Assembly: GCF_006345805.1 (NCBI RefSeq)
Contig: NW_021827705.1
Span: 1-9,757, forward strand
From: Octopus sinensis
Taxonomy: Eukaryota
DNA length: 9,757 nucleotides
Reading direction: 5' to 3'
Made by a program: the position numbers and the translations under genes
Notes under the pieces: generated by a model
What the model saw: the letters and a program-made list of their open reading frames with translations, nothing else
What the model was told of the DNA's origin: nothing
Database searches by the model: none
In this document: positions 1-7,475 of the stretch, piece after piece
Numbering within the stretch: position 1 is the first letter of the stretch
Layout: the number at the start of each line of letters is the position of its first letter

Positions 1-128
1 ATCCATTCTCAGGCTTTGGTCGGCCCGAGGCTATAGTAGAAGAAGCTAACCCCAGTTGCTACGCAGTGGGAGTGAACCCGGAACCATGTGGTTGGGAAAC
101 AAGCTTCTTACCACATAGCCGCTCCTGC
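1..128 (-). mobile_element. tRNA-derived SINE, family B, 5' portion (continues past left window edge)
   Basis: The reverse complement reads GCAGGAGCGGCTATGTGGTAAG...GGTTCCGGGTTCACTCCCACTGCG...CTACTATAGCCTCGGGCCGACCAAAGCCT. It has an A-box-like CGGCTATGTGG (112-122) and a B-box-like GGTTCACTCCC (68-78). The block aggctttggtcggcccgag-ctata-tagaaga recurs at about 7766-7798. Confidence 0.85.
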
Positions 129-139
129 TATTTATATAT

Positions 140-140
<1 letters not shown>

Positions 141-236
<96 letters not shown>

Positions 237-248
237 TAGATATAGATA
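141..248. repeat. (TAGA)n tetranucleotide microsatellite with TA interruptions
   Basis: Directly visible tandem TAGA; source of the spurious YLSI-repeat ORF 128-397. Confidence 0.97.
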
Positions 249-842
249 TTGATATACACTATATATATATACACTATACATATACACCCACATCCATATG
301 CATATGGTTCATTAAAATTCCTGGGTTCAATCGTTGGTAACAGAAAATCGTGAAGAAGCTGAAAGAGCACCACCCGATCTCGATTCTTAACAAACACACC
401 TCATTCCCCTTACTCTCAAAATTACTAGCAAAATCACAGACTCCGTTTTTTCGTATATATAAAAAAAAAAAGACAGCCATTTCTATACCAGTAATACACT
501 GGGTATATTTAATCATTTCTAATCTATCCTCTATAAAGAATTCTGGACGTAGGTTCATTTCAAGCTTGGATAATTGTGTTTTGAGTTGATTACAAAACGA
601 AAATTGTCTTTTTTACGAGAGAGTTCATTTTTATGCTAATTACGAATATCATACAATTATACAATGAATTCCTCTTATAATTTTTCGAAATTATAACATT
701 ATACAATGATTTTTTGGCTATTTATTGAGATAATTATAAAGCAATTAAATTCGTTTGACAGTTGCTTAAAATAACACCAAATAGAGACGTGTGCATGTAT
801 ACGTGTATGCGAGAGTATAATTACATACATAGAAAGAACAAA

Positions 843-907
843 TACATACATACATACATACATACATACATACATACATACATACATACATACATACATA
901 CATACAT
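843..907. repeat. (TACA)n microsatellite
   Basis: Perfect tandem TACA; source of the CMYV and IHTY ORFs. Confidence 0.97.
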
Positions 908-967
908 GTATGTACACATGGATACATGTTCTACACATATTCACTCTTATGATTGTGCTCAATATAA

Positions 968-1184
968 GGCGGCGAGCTGGCAGAATTGTTAGCGCGCTGG
1001 ACGAAATGCTTCGCGGTATTTCGCCCGCTGTTACGTTCTGAGTTCAAATTCCGCAGAGGTCGACTTTGCTTTTCACCCTTTCGCGATCAATGAATTCAGT
1101 ACCAGTTGTATTGTGGGGTTGATCTAACCGACTAGTACCTTCTCACCAAATTTCAAGCCTTGTGCCTTAGTAGAAATGATTATT
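968..1184 (+). mobile_element. tRNA-derived SINE, family A, apparently full length (~217 bp)
   Basis: Starts GGCGGCGAGCTGGCAGAATTG, with an A-box TGGCAGAATTG (978-988) and a B-box GTTCAAATTCC (1042-1052). The central domain is GAGGTCGACTTTGC..CCCTTTCGCGATCAATGAATTCAGTACCAG..TGGGGTTGATCTAACCGAC, followed by an AT-rich end. Homologous to 1354-1568 on the opposite strand. Confidence 0.9.
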
Positions 1185-1353
1185 GTGCTTGAATTGGTCT
1201 TTGTCGCTCACGAGTTGACTTCCACCATGCACGTATGAGAAGAGGAAAAGAAGAAAGATGGGAGAGTAAACTGAAGAACGCACGATGGAGGATGTGCGAT
1301 GTGTTCTCAAATTTTCCAAAACACTTCAAGTATAGACTTATGTATAAAGTATA

Positions 1354-1568
1354 AATATTGGTTTCAGATTTTGTCATAATGCCAGCAATTTCGGTGTAGG
1401 AGATAATTCGATTACATCAGCCCCAGTAGTCAGCTGCTACTTATTTTATCGACCCCCCAAAAGGATGGAAGGTAAAGTCGACCTCGGCAGAATTTTCAGA
1501 ACGTAAAGACGGGCGAAATGCTGTCGAGCATATTGCCCGCCCCGTAACGACTCCGCCAGGATGCCACC
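1354..1568 (-). mobile_element. tRNA-derived SINE, family A, inverted copy with damaged B-box
   Basis: The reverse complement GGTGGCATCCTGGCGGAGTCGTTAC...CATTTCGCCCGTCTTTACGTTCTGAAAATTCTGCCGAGGTCGACTTTACCTTCCATCCTTTTGGGGGGTCGATAAAATAAGTAGCAG aligns collinearly with 968-1184. The GTTC of the B-box is missing and the 3' tail differs (possibly another subfamily). Confidence 0.88.
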
Positions 1569-1864
1569 TTATAAAGGATAAATATTGGAGCTGTGTGATT
1601 GAAAGCTGGTAAAGCAAGTGAATTAGATATCTTTCTTATTTGTAGCGACCATTCTGGAGCATCAGCTTCAAATTTTTCGCCCATTTTTCAATCAGATTTC
1701 AGTTATTAGTTCAGATGTGTGTCCATTTTCTGTTACATCATTATTTATGGAACGGCTGTTTTTTTTTTTTAATTCAGTGTAAAAGGATGTTACTCGGTGC
1801 ATGTGTCTCTGCCGGAATATATAATGCAGACATGCACACAGAATCCGGGAAACCGACCTCATGA

Positions 1865-2168
1865 ATATATATGTGTGTGTGTGTGTGTATGTATATATAT
1901 AAATAAATATAATATATTATATATATATATATATACATAACACATATACATACACTAATATATCTATATATATATATATTATAATATATATATATATATA
2001 CATACATACACACACATACACACATATATATATATATGTGCATATATGCATGTATGCATATATATATATATATATACGCATATATATATGTATAAAACAT
2101 ACTTAAATGTATATATGTATATATACACATATGTGTGTATGTACACGTGTGTGTGTGTGTGTGTGTAT
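1865..2168. repeat. Compound (TA)n/(CA)n/(TG)n microsatellite field
   Basis: Interleaved TA, TG, CA and TACA runs. Confidence 0.95.
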
Positions 2169-2169
2169 A

Positions 2170-2960
2170 AAAAAATGAATGAATGAAATGACGAAGGCAA
2201 TGGACGTATGTCACTAAAAATATAAAAATTGTAAAAAAAAATAAAGAAAACGAAGAAAGAAAGAAATGAAAAAGAAAGCAATCGAAGAATTCGAAGACAG
2301 TGAAAAACAATAGGAATGAATGCCCTGCCCCCAGAAGAACTATAGGCAACGTGAAGAGAGAGAGAGAGAGACAGACAGACAGAGAGAAAGCGTGTTGAGT
2401 GGGAAGGTGAAAAGAAACAAAATGGCGTCTGACGTACAAAACAGACGCCAGCAGGCGGGAAAAATGTAAAGAAAAAAGGGGAGGAAAAGGGCGGTACGAA
2501 AGTGGGAACTTAGAGACAGGGCAGATGAACACGTCGTGTATCTTACTAAGAGGAACAAGGGTTAAAGAGGATAGATAGACAGAGGGAGAGATAGAGAGAT
2601 AGAGAGATAGACAGAGGGAGAGATAGAGAGAAGGATGGAAGGAGAGGGGGAAACTCAAGGGAGGTAAGTAGGTAGAGGAAGAGTTGTATAAGTGGTGAGG
2701 TGGATTGTCGGTACAATACAGAGTCGTAGTATTGGAAGAGACGAGGGATTGAGTGACATATTGGGTGGGTTGGAGAGAGAGCGAGACAGAGCGAGAGAGA
2801 GGGGGGAGGGGCACTTTGCTGGAGGTCGAGAATGAAAGGGAGGAGAGAAGAAGATGAAGGAAGTGTAGGAGGAAGAGGAGAGAACTACAGAAGGAAGTAA
2901 GAATAAAGAGAGTAAAACAAAACAAAATTAACAGAAATAAAAGAAAGAAAAAAAAAGGGA
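2170..2960. repeat. Purine-rich (A/G) low-complexity domain with (AG)n(ACAG)n at 2355-2390 and (AGAGAT/AGAC)n at ~2566-2630
   Basis: Strong + strand purine bias, interrupted by a unique island at about 2400-2560. Explains the 383-aa Leu/Ser/Phe-rich minus-strand ORF. Confidence 0.85.
2418..2450 (+). promoter_or_regulatory. YY1-like motif CAAAATGGCG overlapping a perfect 9-bp inverted repeat
   Basis: CAAAATGGCG at 2418-2427. TGGCGTCTG (2423-2431) and CAGACGCCA (2442-2450) are exact reverse complements with a 10-nt loop. Function is not demonstrated. Confidence 0.25.
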
Positions 2961-3026
2961 AGTAGAAATTTAGATGGAGTCTGAAGAGTAAAATTGTAAA
3001 GTATTCTGTTAAAAGAGGTCTTTCAC

Positions 3027-3091
3027 CCTTCTAGAAACTGCTTCCATTGAACGTTGAGGAAATTCTGTGGCCAGATGGCCAAGCATCAAGA
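3027..3091 (-). CDS. Candidate 65-nt internal coding exon (phase 1 to phase 0), peptide LMLGHLATEFPQRSMEAVSRR
   Basis: On the minus strand: acceptor TCTTTTTTTGTTTCCCTTCTCACGCACCATACAG|TCTTG, an open frame, then donor AGG|GTGAAA. It is unique sequence between repeat fields. No protein recognised. Confidence 0.3.
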
Positions 3092-3143
3092 CTGTATGGT
3101 GCGTGAGAAGGGAAACAAAAAAAGACGCGCGATGGAATAGCCG

Positions 3144-3219
3144 TGTTGTTGGCCATTGTTGTTGACGTTATTGTTGTTGTAAGTGGTGGTGGTGGCGGCG
3201 GCGAAGGAGGCGGTGTTGC

Positions 3220-3265
<46 letters not shown>

Positions 3266-3720
3266 GATGGTAGTTATGGTTATGGTGACGGCGGTAATGG
3301 TGGTGCTGGTGGTAAATGTGTAAACGCTTCATGACTTTGGTGATGGTGATGGTGATGGTAATGGCATAGATGACTATGGAGGTGGCGGAGCTGTGACGGC
3401 GGCGATGGTAATATTGGTGGTGTTGGAAGCGGCCACAGTGGTGGTGGTGGTGGTGGTGATGATGGTGGTGGTGGTCGTCGTCGTCGTTGTGAAGGTCTAA
3501 AAGCTTATGGTGTTCTTGATAGTTTTGGTGACCATGATGCCTTATATGACAGTAGTGGTGGTGGTGGTGGTGGTGGTGTTGGAGATGGTAGTAGTGACGA
3601 TGGCAGTGGTGGTGATGATGATGATGATGTTAAGGTGGTAACAGTAGCAGTGGTCAGCATCGTAATGGTGTTGGTGAAGGAGGCGGCGGCGGCGGCGGCG
3701 GTGACGATTGTGATGATCCC
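3144..3720. repeat. G/T-rich trinucleotide mosaic (GTT, GGT, GAT, GGC, CGT)
   Basis: Successive runs such as (GTT)n 3218-3250, (GGT)n 3438-3475 and 3555-3578, (GAT)n ~3614-3629 and (GGC)n ~3682-3700. Confidence 0.92.
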
Positions 3721-3856
3721 GAGAGAGTGAGAGAAGGCGGGGGTGGAGGTGGGGGGTAAGGGATGAGTGGTCGGCAATCTGTGAAGATTCTTCTGCAGTC
3801 AGTGCACATCGCACGGCCGGCTTGTTGAAAGAACAGGGGAGGAATGGAATACCTAC

Positions 3857-3875
3857 CATGGCCCGCCATCTTCAT
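3857..3875 (-). CDS. Candidate short first coding exon M(KM)AGH ending at a strong donor
   Basis: Minus strand: ATG AAG ATG GCG GGC CAT G|GTAGGT. The ATG sits within AAGATGGCGG (YY1 consensus, 3863-3872), and a CCAATC lies at 3891-3896. The phase-1 end is compatible with the 3027-3091 candidate exon. Confidence 0.2.
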
Positions 3876-3900
3876 CCCCCACCACCAACCCCAATCGGGA

Positions 3901-3920
3901 GAGACAGACAGACAGACAGA
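3901..3920. repeat. (GACA)n short microsatellite
   Basis: gagacagacagacagacaga. Confidence 0.9.
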
Positions 3921-3963
3921 CACTCATTCACACACACCTTCAACTTCTACTACTAGTCATCAC

Positions 3964-3969
3964 AGCAGC

Positions 3970-4031
<62 letters not shown>

Positions 4032-4080
4032 GCACCACCACCCCCATCAGTAGCAGTACTAGTAGTAGTAGTAGAGGCAA

Positions 4081-4136
<56 letters not shown>
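3964..4136. repeat. (AGT)n and (CAG)n trinucleotide arrays
   Basis: (AGT)n at about 3970-4030, (CAG)n at about 4080-4102 and (AGT)n at about 4102-4136. Confidence 0.95.
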
Positions 4137-4139
4137 CTT

Positions 4140-4486
4140 TATCATCACAGACCGTCACTGCTATTATCGTCATCATCACCATCGTCACCATCATCATCAT
4201 CATCATCATCATCAACACCGCTTGTCCGATCACCGCCACTGCCATCAACTCGAAAAACCTATAGCTACCACCGCCGCCACCAAAACCACCACCACCACTT
4301 CTCCTCCACTACTATTACCACCACCTCCAATGCTAACATTACACTTGACTGCTTTTCCCAGAACATCTTAGCGCAACCCTTTAACCACCGTCATGGAAGA
4401 AGTCCTAATGGTGCCACCACCATAATCATCAACACCATCATCATCAACATTACCATCATCGCAATCATCATCATCATCATCACCAC

Positions 4487-4539
<53 letters not shown>

Positions 4540-4870
4540 CCATCATCATCATCGCAATCATCATCATCATCATCATCATCAGTGATGACACTATTACTAG
4601 CACATCACCACCACCATCTTCATCATCACCACCATCACTATCATCCCCGCCACCTTCATCACTAGCACATCAGCACCACCACCACCACCACCACCAACAC
4701 CATCACCACCTTCAACACCATTACCACCAATACGACGACGACGACCACCATCACCACCACCACCACCACCACCATTGCCACCTTTAACACCACCACCATG
4801 ACCACCAGCGACTCCTCCACTTGTGCCACTCCAACTACAATCACCGCGCCGCCACTGTCCATCACCATAC
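4140..4870. repeat. C/A-rich trinucleotide mosaic (CAT, CAC, ACG)
   Basis: (CAT)n at about 4190-4213 and 4465-4580, CAC/ACC runs at 4260-4325 and 4675-4800, (ACG)n at about 4731-4744. Source of the poly-Met, poly-Val and poly-Gly ORFs. Confidence 0.93.
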
Positions 4871-5095
4871 ACTTACCACCCGAACGTTAAAACCCTGTCA
4901 TCGCCCATTCTGCTATTACCGTCCCGCTCCTACTTTTACCTTCTGCGTTGCTCGCCGCGCCGCAGCGTTTTCCAAGCCAGTCCCTTGACGATCGGCTCCA
5001 TCGGCGTCGAGACTTCCTTTTATCGGACACCTTAATTCTATTAACAACTTAAGGACGGGAGCAAGGGTGAAGAGAGAGGTGGGAGGATACGAGGA

Positions 5096-5130
5096 GGGGC
5101 GGGGTTAGGTTTGAGAGGTAGGGGGCGGGA
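5096..5130 (+). promoter_or_regulatory. Two GC-box (GGGCGG) motifs adjacent to a CpG-rich island
   Basis: GGGGCGGGG at 5096-5104 and GGGGGCGGGA at 5121-5130, next to the CpG-dense unique sequence at 4870-5035. Confidence 0.2.
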
Positions 5131-5231
5131 GGAGGGAAATCTATTAGGAGGGTGGTAGCAATCGTGTAAGTGGCGTTGCCTGAAATAGAGAGTGGCATGT
5201 GTTTGTAGGTGCGCGTGCGCATGGTGTGTGG

Positions 5232-5233
<2 letters not shown>

Positions 5234-5290
<57 letters not shown>

Positions 5291-5386
5291 CGTGTGCGTG
5301 ATGTTGGATGTTCGTCCTTGAGTGTTATCACAGGTATGAACGAGTGTCCCTGCGTGTGCTTATATATTATACTTACGTGTGTGTGA

Positions 5387-5423
<37 letters not shown>

Positions 5424-5424
5424 A

Positions 5425-5459
<35 letters not shown>

Positions 5460-5460
5460 A

Positions 5461-5501
<41 letters not shown>

Positions 5502-5720
5502 GTGCAATTGTATATTATACATGTATATGTAGTGTATGTATGTGTTTACATGCTATATATGTGTGTGTGTGTGAGTGCGCGTGTGTGTTTGTGTGTAAAT
5601 GTGTGTGTGTGAGTGTGTGAGTGTGTGGTGCAATTGTATATTATACATGTATATGTAGTGTATGTATGCGTTTACATGCTATATATATATATGAGTGTGT
5701 GTGTTGTCTGTGTGTGTGTG
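5234..5720. repeat. (GT)n field with GA/GC variant units and an embedded 60-bp direct duplication
   Basis: (GT)n at 5234-5300 and 5377-5500 has recurring GTGCGA and GTGAGT variants. A 60-bp block at 5501-5560 repeats at 5627-5686 with 1 mismatch. Confidence 0.93.
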
Positions 5721-6143
5721 AGATTGTGTGTGTCGTGCTTGTTTGTGTGCTTTTGTGACAAATTATAGGCGATAGGCCAAAATATCATCAAAAGGGACAA
5801 CGCTAGAGGATGGAGGGTGTGGGGGAGAAGACGCGCACAATTTTTCTGGGAGGTCAAGGCATACGTCAAAACAAACCCGAAAGATAGAGAAACAGACAGA
5901 CAGCCAGAAAATACACACAAGCACATATATATACACATACACAGAGAAAGAGAGAGAGAAGGGGGTTGAGTGTGTGTTTATGTGTGTTGAGAGGGACAGA
6001 AAGCAAAGCGAACGAGGCCGTTTCGGGTGGACAAGGAAGTTGTAACTGCGTGCGATAAAGTGAAGAGTTGTCTGAACGGAAGAATGCATGGCATTACTTC
6101 ACACATGAAACACGAGTGGTTTCTGACACGATCACACGTTTGT

Positions 6144-6237
6144 GGTAGATTGTCGCAATAGTTAGAGCATTAGGCATTTAGTTACGGCTCTTTTAGTTCA
6201 CGGTTCACATCCCTCCTCGGTCGACTTGACCCTACAT
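6144..6237 (+). mobile_element. Degenerate 5' fragment of a family A-like SINE
   Basis: ...ATAGTTAGAGCA...CGGCTCTTTTAGTTCACGGTTCACATCCC..CGGTCGACTTGACC resembles TTGTTAGCGCG...TTACGTTCTGAGTTCAAATTCC..GAGGTCGACTTTGC of 968-1075. It has a B-box-like GGTTCACATCC (6202-6212) and is cut off by the following (GT)n. Confidence 0.5.
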
Positions 6238-6245
6238 ATTTGTAT

Positions 6246-6251
6246 GTGTGT

Positions 6252-6300
<49 letters not shown>
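6246..6300. repeat. (GT)n microsatellite
   Basis: Directly visible. Confidence 0.97.
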
Positions 6301-6303
<3 letters not shown>

Positions 6304-6430
6304 TGTGTTTGTGTGCGTGGTGCAATAGCATATTATACTTCCGGGGCTTGCAAAATAATTTCCCGTCAAGTGCTTAAAGTTGATATAAGTTGCCAATCTC
6401 CCCACCCACATCCCTGTGCAAAGTGTCTGC

Positions 6431-6612
6431 CTTTTACTTTCTTCACTCATTGGATGGCAGTCATTCTGGAGCAACGACTTGAAGGTTTTAACCGAACAAA
6501 TCGACTCCGGGAAGTATTTTGTGTTAAGTCCCGTACATATTCTGTTGGTCTCTTTTGCCGAACCACTAAGTTATGAGGCGTGGTATAAACAAACCAACAC
6601 TGGTTTTCAAAC
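6431..6612 (-). mobile_element. Family B SINE, 5'-truncated diverged 3' portion
   Basis: Collinear similarity to 7490-7662. For example, cgaacaaatcgactccggga vs cgaacgaatcgacctcagga, and gtacatattctgttggtctcttttgccgaaccactaagtta vs gtacatattctaccggtcacttttgctgaaccgctaagtta. Confidence 0.82.
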
Positions 6613-6719
6613 AAATTCAAAGCAATTGTATTTCACAAATAAAACTTAATCTAACGAACCCATTATTTTGTTGTTTTTACATAAATCATTACCCAGTTAT
6701 TGCCCCACATTTTACATGA

Positions 6720-6822
6720 ATTGCTACCCTATCATCGCCCCCCCCCCCTTCTTCAACTCCCCCTTGCAACTTTCCACTGCCCCCAGGGGTGGGAGGAATA
6801 CTGCCCACTTTTGGAACTACTC
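6720..6822 (+). mobile_element. Possible decayed right end of a hAT-type MITE
   Basis: ATCGCCCCCC...CCCCCAGGGG...GCCCACTTTTGGAACTACTC followed by TTCTAGTG resembles hAT/Charlie-type ends (..GGGAACCACTG) with a TCTAG target. No matching left TIR or TSD was found. Confidence 0.3.
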
Positions 6823-6938
6823 TTCTAGTGCCCCAATAATTACGGGTGCAAATTTGATGTAATTCGGGTGGAGGGGCTGTGAATTTCTCAATAGTTCAGC
6901 ATAGGTGTTTTCTTTCTCGCTCGTTTGTAGCTTTATGT

Positions 6939-7402
6939 CAGTGGCCCTCAACCGAGGTCCATATGGCCCCTGAAGCCCATATCAGATTTTTGGGGGCCCA
7001 CGCAACAAACTAGTAAATTGGGGATCCACAATAATATTTTAAGGGCCCCTGAAAATATTTTGAAAGAAGTTTCTATAAAATTAGTTTTTAAACATTGAAT
7101 AGTGATGGGGGTTCACCTGAATAAAAATAGTACTCAAAGGGGTCAATGGGTAAAAAACGGTTGTAAACCCCTGCTTTAGATGTATATATCGGTATGTATT
7201 GCAAGAAACAGCTGGGTTTGTTTCTCTAACATTTTACATAGTTCGGCTTATAAAAGTTAATGTGTGAACAACAAAATAAGGAATTTTGAAAGAAGTTTCT
7301 ATAAAACTAGTTTTTAAATATCGAATGGCCATGGGGCGGGGTCCACCAGAATAAAATAACAGTCAAAAGGGTCCATAGATAAAAAATGGTTGAGAACCCC
7401 TA
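6939..7402. mobile_element. Non-autonomous hAT-superfamily element (MITE), 464 bp, with duplicated right arm
   Basis: Left TIR CAGTGGCCCTCAACC (6939-6953) and outer right TIR GGTTGAGAACCCCTA (7388-7402) are 11/15 complementary. An identical 8-bp TSD CTTTATGT lies at 6931-6938 and 7403-7410; an 8-bp TSD is the hAT hallmark. An inner right TIR GGTTGTAAACCCCTG lies at 7159-7173. Confidence 0.85.
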
Positions 7403-7475
7403 CTTTATGTTGACATTCACCGTGCAGACGATTCCCACTATTGTACATAGTTCCTCTTCTCTGTCGCAAATCATT

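Noticed and set aside
485-506. Imperfect hairpin ATACCAGT...ACTGGGTAT
   Set aside because: It is short, bulged and within chance expectation.
274-589. ORFs 274-558 (-) and 350-589 (+)
   Set aside because: They are short, non-ATG-start or A-run-containing, with no recognisable motif and no convincing splice-site pair.
968-1060. SINE heads (also 60-128 and 7891-7960) as tRNA genes
   Set aside because: A and B boxes are present, but I could not form a cloverleaf or acceptor stem, and each continues into a SINE body.
1496-1684. 62-aa ORF MGEKFEADAPEW...
   Set aside because: Its C-terminal part is the family A SINE head; the remainder is short and unrecognised.
1774-2925. 383-aa minus-strand ORF
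   Set aside because: It is translated pyrimidine tracts and TA/CA microsatellites (LSL, YIY, THT repeats) with a non-ATG start and no domain-like sequence.
3505-4872. Many poly-Pro, Thr, Ser, Met, Val and Gly ORFs on both strands
   Set aside because: Overlapping open frames on both strands are expected from trinucleotide arrays. The CTDCRRIF segment (3654-3923 ORF) lacks a second Cys/His pair, so it is not a zinc finger.
5078-5136. Possible G-quadruplex (also 3736-3762)
   Set aside because: The G-runs need long loops or bulges and such motifs are common in G-rich low-complexity DNA; there is no independent support.
5501-5686. Repeat-spacer-repeat arrangement as a CRISPR array
   Set aside because: There are only two 60-bp copies, the spacer is GT microsatellite, the context is eukaryotic, and there are no cas genes.
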